This document shows positions 26,269 through 41,688 of a stretch of 64,000 nt of DNA, piece after piece. The position numbers were made by a program, and so were the translations under genes. The stretch's first letter is position 1. Every line of letters starts with the position of its first letter. Source of the stretch: Chrysomallon squamiferum (Eukaryota; Animalia; Mollusca); NCBI GenBank assembly GCA_012295275.1, contig CM022670.1, positions 20,150,001 to 20,214,000 of the forward strand, read 5' to 3'. The notes beneath the pieces were generated by a model. It was not told where the DNA came from and did not search any database. It worked only from the letters and a program-made list of their open reading frames with translations.

Positions 26269-29200
26269 CAGAAAAGGCAAACAAAATTCTTGGGTATATT
26301 TTATTTCTCAAAGTAAAAATCCAAAAGAATAAAAAACAGATTAAAAATTTAATTGTGTTGTTTGTTAATAGGTTCAATGAACAGTAATTTGATTTACACC
26401 ATTGATATCTTATCTTTGTAGAAATTCAATATTGTCAAGTGTGACATTTTATTGTTTTTCATTGACAGACAGTTGTGAACCACAACTGTAGTGCTGAATA
26501 CAGTTTAGGCCTGGTGTTGATTAATTTGTCAATACCAGACACCAACACGCTTAAACTGAAACAGTATAAGCAGTATTAAAGGACATACATACTGAAAATG
26601 TGCAAGATGTAGTGGGTGACAGTTTGTTTTATATTAAAAATACTTTTAAAAAAAAATTTTAATTAAACTTTTTTTAAATTTGTTTTTACAATGTTAATAT
26701 CACTGGAAGTATTTCTGCAAGGTGAAAAGAAACAAAATGTGGACAAAATAATAAATAAGATTAATAATGAGGGAAAAGAGTTCTAATATAAATTTGAGAA
26801 AAAAAGGTGGGTGAATTTTCACCTGGTAATATAACACTAAGGACAAAACAAAAATAATCTTTATATTAATGAAAAATGTAAAATGTATATCAAATTTTAT
26901 AAAGAACAAGAAATTCTGGTCATACAAATAACTTTTTGTTTATTCATTTTCAGTTAATAATATAACTAGTTATAGTGATAGAATTAATTTTTTGTTTAAT
27001 CTTTCATAGATCAAATGTTTAAGTTATCTGCCTTCTCAGAGACTATTTATAAAGCAAGATGCATAAAAAAGAAAAAAAGATAAGAAAGAAAGACACCCCT
27101 GCTAGAAACATATTTATTTATTTTTATTGATTATATATATTTCAGAATAACATTAATGACAATTATTTGAATTATTTTGGATCTTCTCAGATATAATTAA
27201 CTTTCAACATCAGACAAAATATTTTCAAGTACATTTAAAAGTAATAATAATAATAATAATGAAACATAACATATACATGCACATAAACAACAAAGAACTT
27301 TCATCACTTGTCAAGAAATATATAGAAAGCACACAGCATTCCCGTATGAACATAAGTTCTAATTAAGCTGAAAAAAAAAAAAAAAAAAAAAAATAAAAAA
27401 TAAAAAAAAGATAAAAAAATAAACAAATAAAAAATGTTAACAGGTGTTCTAAAGATTCTTCTGTGCTAATTGTTTTGACAGCACACATGGCATAAAATGG
27501 ATAAACGGGAATTTTAGTGCTGTTTACCACCAGTACATGTCCTAAATTTTATCTTTTTGAAGAAAACATTCTGTGTGTTCATATTCAACTTCTGAAGAGA
27601 TCATCTGAGTTAGAACATCTGTTTGCCATTTGTTATAATTGATATGATTTGTTTATTGCTGTCCCATAATATTTTCTCACTTGTTAAATGTTGGAAATAA
27701 TGGGAATATTTTCCAAGCTGTCACTTCATTACTTTTCTATGTTTTTTGTGTCAGTATAGATTGGGAATGGGGAAAAAAAAGAGAGAGAGAGAGAGAGACA
27801 AAAAAAACAAAAACAAAAAACACAACAGAAAAACAGAAAATTATAAAGAAAAGAAGAAGACATTGCAAAGAAAAATAGGTGATTGCTTGTGAATTGATTC
27901 ATTGCCCAGCTGATGAAGGATTACAGAATATTTCCATCACTGGAACAGAGCCACTCCACATGTTCTACTCCACAGTGGGAAACTACCCCTCAGCCATTTT
28001 TATTACCATCCTCTACAAACATCAGACCATATTTTATTTGACCTAACATTTTTTTTCTTTTTTCCCCCAACACCATACTCATTTTGTCCACGCATAATTT
28101 TCCTTTAGGCAAGGGATAAAATATGGAATCTTATTGTTTATTGACATAATGTAATTGATAAGAACATAAGCATCACTCTTTTTTTTTTTTCAATGTATTT
28201 GTGCTGATCCTGTGTCCTTCCCCTCCTCCTCCTTTAGCTCCTTCCCTCCAGACATGTCCAGAAACAGCTGCAGTGTTTTCTGATAAATACCAGACCACTT
28301 ACTGATGAAATGAAATAAGGACAAAACAAAAATCATGTTAATTGTATTTCAGTTTTTGTCATTTGAACAAATTACATACTTAATATCTTTTTATTATTAT
28401 TATTTTACACAAATGAGAATTAGTTTATCTGAGAGAAAAAGAGAGCTAAGTTGAAGGAAAAAACCATGTATATAAACTGATTGAGGAGCAGGTGTAGCAA
28501 GAGTAAGGGAGAAAAAGATATTTTATTTAAATCTAAAATTAATAATATTATTTTAAAATTATTACTAAATAATAATTTAAATTTTAATTTGTTGTAAAAT
28601 CATGTACAAAAACATATATTAGAAAAACAAAGAAAGTTTTTCAGAAAGAAGAAAACAATAAATTTGAATATGTAAATACAAAAAAATCATTGCTAACTAA
28701 TTTAGAGAAATCATATCATTCTGGAATTTCTAAACAGACATTGACAACAATTTAAAAAGCTTCTTAACAATTTTCTTAAAATAGACTACCTTTTAAAAAC
28801 ACACATTACATTCTGGTATGTGTTGTACATCTTTGACGTAGTTAAATACTATTTACCTTTTTTCTTCTTTCATCTAAGCTGTGCTTATTTATTTTCATAA
28901 AAACTTTTTTCTTTTCTTTTTTGAAAAATAGTGACAAAGCATTTTTGACAGCATCTACCGGTTGTTTTGGGAATGTTTTGTTGACGTGTTGGCTGCATGT
29001 TGATTCACGTGATAAATTTTAACACTCGGAATTCCCTGATGGACACACGAATGTCAAACACTGTTTTAGCAGATGGTGTGTAACATAGGGAGAAAAAAAA
29101 GAAGAAAAAAAACACTATAATATCTGAGCCAAGTTAGCTGAGAAAAGATGAATAAAGAAAAACAGAAAACTGATCCTGCCTGTGTTATTCCAGGTCAGAT

Positions 29201-29431
29201 ATTCTGGGGGAGTTTGTGTAAGACTGAGGACAAACCCATCTTAACAATCAGACTGCCCCAACGGGGCTGTCCCTGCTTCTAGTAGTGGGTTATGATAAGC
29301 GTGTATGAGTGGCTTGCAGCACTGGGTTATGAAATATGGAAATGGTTTGCTTCTCTAGGTTGGATATCATGAGATACTTATGATACTGTGGTATTATCAT
29401 AATGAGTCATGATAAGCTTAGTTTGTAGTAG

Positions 29432-30512
<1,081 letters not shown>

Positions 30513-33500
30513 CCATAATCATATTTCTAGTACTGGAATTTAATAATAAAACAAATCATTAAAAAAATTGAACAGAACATAAAATGGATAATAAAATCTT
30601 AATGTTTTGCTCAATTCTGTCACCACCACATGCAAACAGCTGGTACACTATGCTGTTTTATACAAAATTAAATTAAATAAAAAAATTGTATGTTCAGCTG
30701 CTGATACTTTGCTGTATTTTCATTAAAGAAATCATATCCCTTTTTAAAAAGCACATCTTTTTCTAATGAAAAATACAATCACAGTTTTAATAAACATCCA
30801 TGTTTCCAATATCAACAGATAGTATGAATTAACCATAAGGAAAAACAAAATAAATAAAGAAAAAAAATGAAGAAAGAAAAGAAAATGTGGAATCATGAAA
30901 AAACAATAAAAACTATACTGTTAATGAAAATGATACATTATTTAATGCGACTTTAAATTTAATGTTTTCTTGTGACATTAATGGATTGCCTAACAATTTA
31001 ACTCAAGGAATTCAATTAGACTGGAAACAGAATGAAGCAATAACACAAAGAATCAATTATTAAAGTTGAAGCATGCATTTTCTGATGGCCAAGATTATTT
31101 TTTTCCATTTGTTAATGTAATAATAAAGTATGTAGGTAAAATAGTAAGGATTGTAAGGATTTAGGCAGTTTTTATGCTGAAGTCATTTCATAAAGAGAAA
31201 CATAAAACATCCCTTACACACTGAGGATACAGTAATTTTAACATGGTATCCACAGTCTCTGAGAGTTGTTTTAATGAAACCAGTCAGTTTGTACTCCCTT
31301 TATCTTTTTAAACTAATTAATTAATTAATTTATTATGTTTTTAATTTTAAATTTCATTAAAATTTCCTGTAATGGCAATTAAAAATGTTTGTGAAGAAAT
31401 TGTAATAAACTCAAATAGGTCTTCAAATCACATGGGAAATTAAATAAAGATTTTAAATTCTCATCTAATTCTTTCGAATGTAAGAAATATGAACTGAATT
31501 TAATCCTTATAGAGGAAATGTAATTTCAAGGAAAAAACGAAAAGATTTATTATTATTATTATTTTTAAAATAAGTTTTAAGAACTTAATGGTGATGTTAA
31601 AACAAATATTGTTTTGATTTTGCTCCATTGTTTGCTAAATTTTTTTTTTTTATAAGAACCACATAAAAAGAAAAAGAAAAATGTAAATTAAGTCTCACTC
31701 AGTCATTAAATTATAAAATTACCTCTTTTTTTTAATCAATTAGGTTTCTTCCAGGCTTCTTAGAGGTTTAAAATTTTACTGTATTATTCAATAGGTTTAA
31801 AACTGGAACTTGATATTTAGTAACAAATTTTGTTCCAGTGAATTCGAAGTAACAAAATTTTAAATATTTAAGCATTATTATAATTCTAGAACTAAATGCG
31901 AAAAACTGAGTAGTTAAAAGCTTTGTGAAAAATTTTCAAATATAACATTCGTATTTCATATTATTATAACTCTTATGATAAATATAAATTAATAACTACT
32001 TTAAGCCTTGCAATAAGCTGAAGTAAACAGTTAGCAAATTGGAAACACTAGTCATTCATTTAGCATGTAATAGCAATAATCATCACACACCAGCCCACTT
32101 GTTTCTTGTGTTACCTTTAATTCATTGCCATTTTGTCTTTGCCTGTCAGGATAAAATCCCAGCCCAGGGGTATATTTCACTTGTTGAATACTCTTGACAA
32201 ATTGAAGGGTCAAAAAAAAAAAAAAAAAAAAATAAGAATAAAATTTAAAAAATAAAATAAAATAAGTAATAGACAAGTTATACATTACACTACAAATTTA
32301 TTTTTTAAAGGTGAATGTTATACTTTGTACTCTGAAACTTATTAAGGTGAATGTTCCATTCAGTATCTAACAAACAATATTTTTTTTTTACATTGTATCA
32401 AGTTTATTGAGATTATGCTCAGTTTCCCTAGACCAGCCCTCCATAATCTGTCTGTTGTAAATATTACTTACATTTCACAAGACTGCCCTTCTCTCAAACT
32501 GCAGTACCTGTAGATTGACGTTTTTATACTGTCTTAAGTTCAGATTTCATTCTAGTTTTGCCTTTAGAAATCAAGTAAAAAAAAAATTAAAATAAATTAA
32601 AACACACACACACACATACACACACATTCATAAGAGATGTTAAAATATTTTGTTTACATTTAAAATAAATATTTTGTTTATGTATCAAAAAAATTCTTAA
32701 AACTGACTTATATATTCATAAGAAGAGATGTTAAAATATTTTGTTTATGCATTAAAATAAATCTTAGAATTGATTTTTAATAATAATAATAATAATAATA
32801 ATAAAACAGACAAATGTATTTATATGTATTATATTTTATAATTATTATTTTAAAATATTAGTTACTGCAATAAATTTGTAGATATATATATATATATATA
32901 TTGATAATAGATTAATTGCTATTTTTAATGATGTATAATGCAGCAAAATATTTATTATTTTAGTTTTATTATATGAAGGGTAAAAAAAAGAGAGAAGAAA
33001 ACAGATAAATAAGTAGATAAAAAAATATATATAAAAAGCAATAAATAAACATATTTTTTAAATTAAATTTTAAAAAGAGTAAAACAGTAAAAAGAATAAC
33101 TTAAAGAAATGTATATATTAAAAAGAGAGATGAATTAATAAAACAAAAACGATCATTCCTCAGTAATTACTAAACATAACAACAATAACAACAAACAAAA
33201 AAGAAAAGAACAGCAACATTATTAAAGAATATTAAAAAAAAAAAAAACATACAGTCCTACTAACTGATGATTATTTTCAAAATGTGAATAGCCTTACCTT
33301 TGAGCAGTATCATACAGGTGGTGTTCAGGTACTAATTAATTATAAAGACATTTTGTTTCAGACTAATTTGTTTTTGCACTTTCATTTCTCATTTTCTATG
33401 ACAAGTGACAGATCACTTTTTATAAATTATCTATTGATAGTATTAGTAATAACATCAGATTTCACTTTTGACATTTTTTTTAAACCTTTCACAGACAATT

Positions 33501-34149
33501 TTCTTTCTTCTTTTTTTCTTTTCTTAAAAAATAAAAAAAAATAAAAAATAAAAATAAGTAAAATTGCAGTTCAGTTATTTTTGTTTTCTCTTATTCATTC
33601 TTTATTTTTGTCTTTTTTACCCCTACACAAAAGAAACAAACAAGCAAACCAAACAATTAAAACAAACTACATCCCAACAAACATTCTCTTTTTATATTTA
33701 AAAAAAATATATGTGTATATTGATAGAAAGAAAAATTGAGAAAATAAAGAAAATGAGATTGAGATATAAAAAACAAAGCTCAAGAAAGAGTGAAATAAAT
33801 TTTTAAAACGTTTTAAAAAAAGGATGAAGAAAAAGTGAAATTAGAGAGGACCCATGTAAACAGTTTATTAATAAAATATCCAAAAAATGTTTTTGAAAAT
33901 CACTTTAGTTTATTTATTTATTTGCATATTTTGATATTTTTAAGTTTTTAATATATTTTTCTGTTATTTACATTTTTAAAAGATATTTTTTAAATATTTA
34001 GTCATTTACATATTTTAACCAATAATTTCATTTTTTATTTATTATTTAGATATTTCAGATATTTTTTCCATTATTTATTATTTACTTATCTTTAAAAAAG
34101 AATAATAACAATAAAACATTTTTCATTTTTTGTTTATTTACATATTTTT

Positions 34150-34190
<41 letters not shown>

Positions 34191-34459
34191 CATTATTTAT
34201 TTATATATTGTAAAAACTGAAAAAAGTGCAAAGAATCGCTGAATTTCTCATCTCAAATAGAAAATGTAACTGACCAATGAAAATGATGGCTGTTTGATTC
34301 TGGCCAAGGAAGTGGGATGATATCTCATTAATATAGTCCTTTAGGAAAACAAACATGCTACAATGAACAGCACTGTGAAACAACAGTGCAAGAACCAGGC
34401 TAGGAAATCAGAGGTGTTCAGAGTGTCAAATCGTTGATTTATCCAAGACTTCTTTTATA

Positions 34460-34462
<3 letters not shown>

Positions 34463-34547
<85 letters not shown>
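34463..34547. repeat. Compound (TG)n(AG)n microsatellite
   Basis: Direct reading. Confidence 0.95.
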
Positions 34548-35012
34548 ATTTAAACTAGTTATTAAATTCAGTCACATGAATAAAAAAAATTAAAAAATTA
34601 AGCAAGAAGAAAAAGAATGATGATTATCATAGTAATAATATGAACAACAATAAAAAATGTATTTTTTTTTAAAAATAAATGAAGCAAAACAGTCAGCATT
34701 CATTAACATGTATTAGTCTGCTTGAAACACTAGCTATCAAATGCAAAACCTGCAGTCCATCCTCTCCCTCATACTCTATTGTGGAAGACACTGTGTGTTT
34801 TAGGGTTAATATTTATTCATAAATGCTGTGTGCATGATGTGCCATAGACATTGTTAGATTAGCATTTCTCTGGCCAAGTATGTCTTGTGGGAAATGTCAT
34901 GATCCGGAAAGACTGTTGTAGATTTGGCAGTGTTTGTCTACCGATCCAGATTAACACAGTGTACATATTGACAACATCTAGTGAGGATGATGTTACAATT
35001 GGAGATTCTGTT

Positions 35013-35200
35013 GGTACTGATGATTCAGGCTGAAATTAGTATAGAGAATTCAAACTGAATTACTGAAAATTCAAACTAAAATAGGTAGTGAAAATTCAAA
35101 CTAAAATTGGTACTGATGATTCAGACTAAAACTGATACAGAAAATTCAAATGAAAACAGGCACAGAAAATTCAAACTAAAATTGTTACTGACAATTCTAC
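35013..35200. repeat. About 25-bp minisatellite, 7-8 degenerate copies
   Basis: Unit approximates gaaaattcaaactaaaattggtact. Confidence 0.85.
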
Positions 35201-36299
35201 TGATAATTGATTTGAATAACTAAAGTTGAAAATGTTATTTAGAATTGACTAATACTACATCTATTTGGTTCCCTTTTATAAAACTTGTACAAAAATATTC
35301 CAGCCATCAATAATTAAATACAAAAGTAGTTCAAATAAACTATTAATAGTGAAAAAAACAACAAATGAAAAAAACAACAAAACACAACACATAATTTATA
35401 AAATTATTATTAATAAGCATTTTAAATATTTTATCATTTAATAACAGATAAAGAAATATTATATGGTGTTGTTTTCAAATTTTATTGCACTAATTGTATA
35501 ATCTTCATTACTGAAACAGAAAATAATGACAGAATGTAAAATATAATTGAATTGGAATATATATTTTGTTTTGGGAATATAATAGTTATGAAACGTGATT
35601 TTTTTTTTTTCTCCTTTTTTTTTTCATATTTCCCTTCCTGCCCTTATCTAAAAGGCTAAAGCATTCACATTTTCCCCAGGTTTTTAAATTAAATTTTATA
35701 TTTTTATTTTATTGTTGTTATAGGAATATGTGTATATATATCCATAACATTGTTAGAACTGTGTCACTCTAAAATTTCATTATTGTTGTTAAGAAATGCT
35801 TGATATCAAATATATAAATAATTAGTTTAAAAAAGAAAAACAACACCTCAAAACCCAGACATCTTTAAAAGATAAAAAAAAAAAAAAAAAAAAAAAAAAC
35901 ATTTAATAAGATCATAATTTTATAATCCTTTACAAATACATAATTTTAAACAATATATTGGCCTATAGATAGCAAATGTGTTGTAAATTATTTATGTAAA
36001 TTTTATTACAAAATTATTTTATCCTGTTTGTGACATTTGATAGTAAACATGTTGTAAATTTTATACTATTGTGTTATTCTTTATATTCTATATATTCTTT
36101 ATCTATTCTTTATTTTATTACAAATATCATATTTTTCTATCTCTCTTAAATTTCTGATGTAATATAAAAAAATTATAATTTACATTAAACATCATTTTTG
36201 TACCAAAACAATTTTTATCTTATTGTAGTACAATATGTTGGTGACATTTGGTAGTAAAACCTTTGTAAATTATATTTATTTTTTATTTTATTACCAACA

Positions 36300-36402
<103 letters not shown>

Positions 36403-38714
36403 TGGAACAAAATGTCTGGGATATTTTGTGTATGTTTTGACTGCAGACAAAAACATTATTCCCATCTTGCTAATTTTCATCACAAAACACCTGGCCAACA
36501 GCAGTGGTGGGTCTGACAACACATTAACATGATTAAAAACTGTACCAGTGTTTTTCTAAATGTTTTTCTAAATTTTGATTCACCACTGATATTTAGTTGT
36601 ATGTAGATCGAATGGCAAATAATGTCTAACTGGAGGCCAGCATTAGCTCATGTTTGTCCACCTGTTTACGAGAAAATCGCTGGCTGGTATTACAACAATG
36701 CTAATTTAACTTCTTTGTGGTGGTAAATGTCTTCCCCTGCTGTTTTCTCGCAGACACCCACAGGCAAAAGAAAAATAAAAAATAAAAATTCTCCCCATTT
36801 CCCTCTGTTCCCCCTCTCCCCAGCTGAGAGAACCAGCTCTTTAAGTAGTGAATTATAACATTTCACCAAACTCTTGCAGATCTATTGTTTGTGCTAGTCT
36901 GGGAGATGTTTGATACAAAAGGCGAAGAATTGTCAGAGTGGCTAATTTACTACAGTAGATTTGGGAGTCTCTACCTTGTAGAGATTATCAAAACATTGCC
37001 CCTAGATCAAAGTTTGATGATGTTTGTTTATTTTTCTTTTCGGCGCCACAAGAATTTTGTTGAGCTGTAAGGAGTATGATTGGGGAGGTGACCCAGAAAG
37101 AGGTCATAACCTAGAATGAGATAAAAATCTTCACCATTGGGACTTTTTGTCAGGCCAAATATTGTTGAAGCACCTGCTTTCTTAACCACAAAAATAAATA
37201 AATAAAAACCAGGAGACACAGAAAGTCTAGGCTTCTAATTTGTCCATTTTATTTGATCATTCCTGACTGATTTTGTTCTTTTTGATATATGTTATTGGAC
37301 AACCATTTTTCTGTTTTCATTTTCCATTTATTTTTTATTTTTTTATTATCACAGAAAACTTTTCTGTAGTATTTTTTCTCTTGTAGAGTCATCTCATTTT
37401 CAACCCAAGCAGTTTCTCTGCCCTCCACCTTATTTTCCTCCCTGTTCAAAGCTCTAGTCCTTTTGCATGCAGTTACAACAAGAGTAAATTCTTTTTAAAT
37501 AGGATATTGGTCTTTTGTTGATTGATTGAATGAAGATATAGACTTTATAATAGAGAAGAGATGCTATCTTTTTGTGCAGGACGCATCAAAGGATTTCAGA
37601 TACCCCTGGCTTCAAAAGATAATTTGCTGAATTTCTTGTCTTATCTTGCCCAGTGGTGATGGATCAGTGTTTCTTGTTCGACACAATAAATACGTAGTCG
37701 GCATGCTATGCATTGTGTGCATTCATCATCGACTCTGCTGAGACAACATGCTCAACTATTTTTCTTTTTCTTTTTCTTTCTCTTTTCAAGTCATAATGTT
37801 ACAGTGGACGCATGCTGGTACATAAACATTATTTTGTCCAAATACAAATTTGTGTTGTTGTTGATAATGTTACTATTATTGTTATTGCTTTTTTATCATC
37901 ATCATCATCATCATCATTATATTTATCATTATATCTATCAATAGTTGTATTATTTATTTATTTAATGTGTATGTATTGTATTATCTTTTAAAATGTCACA
38001 GTATATTTTAGATTTTAATAAATTTAAAAAAAAGAAATGAGGAAAACATTCAAACATAGTGACATATCAACAAACCTACCCATAACATAAAAAAACACCA
38101 ATACACACACATCATCACACACAATTTAAAAGAAATTACATACAAATACAATATCACACATTCACATAAACTGATGCACACTGAAACGGTCACATATATA
38201 TTACTGTGAATATATGAATATAAATTATAGAATTTCAAATTTAGGCTAATTCTTCAACAGCACAAGTTTAGCCCGTTTGTTTTGTTATTGAATGATAGTT
38301 TATCTATGTATCTACCTACAAATCCTTGTTTTATTCTAGTGGATCTTCAGCTAATTCTTTAATGGCACCAAACATGTTCAGAGTTTGTGTTTTGTTACCA
38401 TTATCTCAAAATCTGGCTACAAATCCCAGCTTTATTTTGTGGATTTTCTGTCTGAAGTCTCTAATATTATGATTTATGTCTGTCTGTCTTGTTTGAAACA
38501 TGGTTAGAAATATTAATTTTTAATATTTTATTAGTACTGTTATAAATTATATCATTTGGCAATATCTTGGGAATGATTTAAGTTATAGCTTAATAGCAGA
38601 TTTAGGAGTATAGTTACAAGATCAAGACTTCTTCGTATATCCTTTCATTTTTTTTTTTACAAGTTTTGTTAAACCATGGAGCAGATGGAGGAAAGAGACA
38701 TAATGCAATATAAA

Positions 38715-38744
38715 CACTAAGAAGGATTGATCCTGTGATTCACT
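38715..38744 (-). mobile_element. SINE-like B-box fragment, second copy of 6770-6799
   Basis: Reverse complement agtgaatcacaggatcaatccttcttagtg vs agtggattgcaggatcaatccttcttagtg; the three differences are transitions. Confidence 0.55.
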
Positions 38745-41652
38745 GATCCTCAGGAAAATGTTTTACCCGCAAAATTACATCTGGTCAATTATATCTTGTA
38801 ATTCATGTTCTAAACATGTTTTCTTTTACTTTATGGCAGTGAACTTGATTCATAATCACACGTGATTTCCACACAGATGACAGACCATGCTACAACAATT
38901 TACTACCATTTTATTTTCTGATTTTTAAACAAGATAAATAATTTTTTGCATGTTGGATAGGTTCCAAGAAGTAAGTGTTTTGTCTTTCAGTAGATAACAT
39001 GACAACTATAGAAAAAAAAGGAAAAAAAGAAGACAGTTTTTTTCCCTTTTTTTTTTTGTTCTTTTATTTTCTTTTTTAAAATTATTTTATCAGAGGATTA
39101 AAAGTTGGGATAACAATGATCACAGCTGAACAAGATACTCACGAACACGACTGTTGCATGCACAGTTAGGTTGTTGTTGACAGTGTTGATTTTTTTGAAG
39201 AATCTGATAAAATTGTTGAAATCGTTCGTAGTTTGTAATGTAGTCTCCCCATTCTTATCCCACCATTGTTGATGGGTATTGAGGAACAGGACTAGTTTGG
39301 CTTTTTCTGATTGTGATAATTTCCCATGAAGAAGGAGAAAAAAGAAGATTTTTGTGGTTATCATCGTGTGAGGTGCTGGGTCATGCATAACAGAATTTTT
39401 AAATTCGGTGACTTGATTTTTAAAAATGATAAACCAACATAAATGTCTTTATGTTCTTTACATGTTTTTTTTAATATTTGTATGTGAGTGTGTGTGTGGT
39501 GTGTGTTTCTTTTTCTTCCTTTCTAACCATCTTTTTTTTTTCTTTCTTGTCTCTTTTTTTTTCGTTTTTTTAAAAATATTTTTTCATTTTCTTCATTTCA
39601 GTGCATAACTGTTAAATTATTTTATGGTGTGTTTGTGTTTTTATGTACATAGGTTTTGAGCTAAATGGATGGATGGATGGAGGGTTCTGTGTGTCTGCGT
39701 GTGTGTATATTTATATGTTTATATGACTAAAGAAAAAACTAATTTTGATTACTTACTCATATTTAATTAAACATACACCAGTGATATAATCAGAACATGT
39801 GAAACTAGTTTAATACCCACATTTTTGTGACTATTCAGTTGCAGGAAAAACAAAGGATTTAAAAACCTAATTTTCCCTGAATAAACATTTACCATGTAAA
39901 TTTATGTTGTTTATTTCATGATGTTATTACCTATATGCATTCTATGTTATTTCATGTTGTTATCCATATAAATTCTGTTTATTATGTTACTGCCATTATT
40001 ATGATTATAATTGTTTACTGCAATGTAATTCCTGTGTAAATTCTGTATTGTTTAATTTATTCTTTTTGACCAATGTACACTCTGTTTTGTTTTCTTTTTG
40101 ACATCATTACCCATGTGTAAATTTTCCTTCTAAAATTATTAACTGTGTCAGTTCTACAGTTTTCTTATTTGCAGTTTTAACTATATATATATAATTTTAT
40201 ATTACATATGTAAATTCTCTGTGGTTTTCTGCATCACACAAATAAGTGAGAATGAACATACAGTATTCTGTTATGGTAAACACTGGATTGGTAACATATG
40301 CTGTGTATGTTGACAGATGTATGTATGTCAGCATGTTTGCAATTCCCTTTTATGTTTCATTGTACATATTATGAAAAGGCTTGACAAGATGTAAAACACA
40401 TCAGGTTGCAGTATTTGATTTGATTACTACAAGATAATCAGCCGGTACTTTATGCTTTTCTTTCACTTTTATTATTCATCAAAACACGACTGTCCTTTTT
40501 TCATCCATTTTTCATTTTTACTTGTTATATATTGACAGTCAAACAACTTCAAAGATGAACAGTTGCGTACATTTTTTTATTCTTTCATTTTTTTTTTTCT
40601 CTTTTTCTTCTTAAAAGAAAATAACATGAAAGCTTTAAGCGGTCAATAAAGTATTTATCTTTGTCACTAGATTTAATCAAGTTTGTCCCTCAGAAAGCAT
40701 TCCTCATTGTTTGTGACATGATCCACAGTAGCTAGACATTTTGCCTCTTTGCTGTGATCGTGTTTGTCTCTGTTTGAAGGAGGGCTGGATTTTCACTGCT
40801 TAATTCAGCAGGTTCCCGTCCTCCTCCTTCTCGGTTTAGCACCGAGGCCTGTCTGTGTGCTGTGTCAATATTATCGTTTATTCTCTAAGTAGAAGAACAC
40901 ACAGCCACTATCCTACGCTATTGTTAGAGACCAACAAAGCCTTCATAATGGGATTTTAATAGACTGGGGAAGTCTCAGCTACTGTTGTTTTTCTGTTATC
41001 TCAGTTTTGGTCTCTTTTGTCACTTCTAATGGGAGATGAAGTTTTTTGATATATTCTTGAGGTAAAGATTAAAAAAAAAAAAAAAATTTCACATAAAAAT
41101 ATTGTTCTTTTTTAATATGTATCTAATGCTAAAATTCAAAATATGCTATAATACAAAAAGAGCTGTGTGTGTGTTAAAACTGAAATTTATTAATCAGCAG
41201 TAATAAAACTTTCAGTTGTTAAGTTTCACAGAAACATCCCAGTGACACTTCTAATGTTTACTGAAAAGGAATGATCTAATTCATCATTATTTTACATTCA
41301 CTAACAGAAGCACATTATGCTTGGATTTTTACAAAGGGTTTGATCTTATCTGTTTACACAGAAATATATGGATATTAATTGCTTACAAATGCTAAAATAT
41401 GCAGCATTTTCTTTTCTACTGTTGAAACATTAATTAAGCCTATTTTACATGTCACTTGATCCACTGTGTAAGCACATGTGTCAGATATGTTAATGTTAAT
41501 TACCTACAGGTATGATATTAAACTCTTAGTAAGAGAAAAAACCAACTGAGATTATTTTATTCAAATCCATCTTTACATGCTATCAGTTATGAATAACAGA
41601 TCTTTCTTCAGGGTAAGTAAAGGAATGCCAACTTATAAATGTATTATGACAG

Positions 41653-41656
<4 letters not shown>

Positions 41657-41686
<30 letters not shown>

Positions 41687-41688
41687 AA
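41657..41688. repeat. (AAG)n microsatellite
   Basis: Direct reading. Confidence 0.95.

Noticed and set aside
26166-26387. ORF with poly-(IY)
   Set aside because: (TA)n microsatellite.
32115-32192. 78-nt symmetric - strand exon candidate SIQQVKYTPGLGFYPDRQRQNGNELK
   Set aside because: Weak AAG acceptor and GTAACA donor, no partner exons or homology; consistent with chance.
35013-35200. Possible repetitive coding exon
   Set aside because: The 25-bp period is not a multiple of 3 and the frames contain stops.
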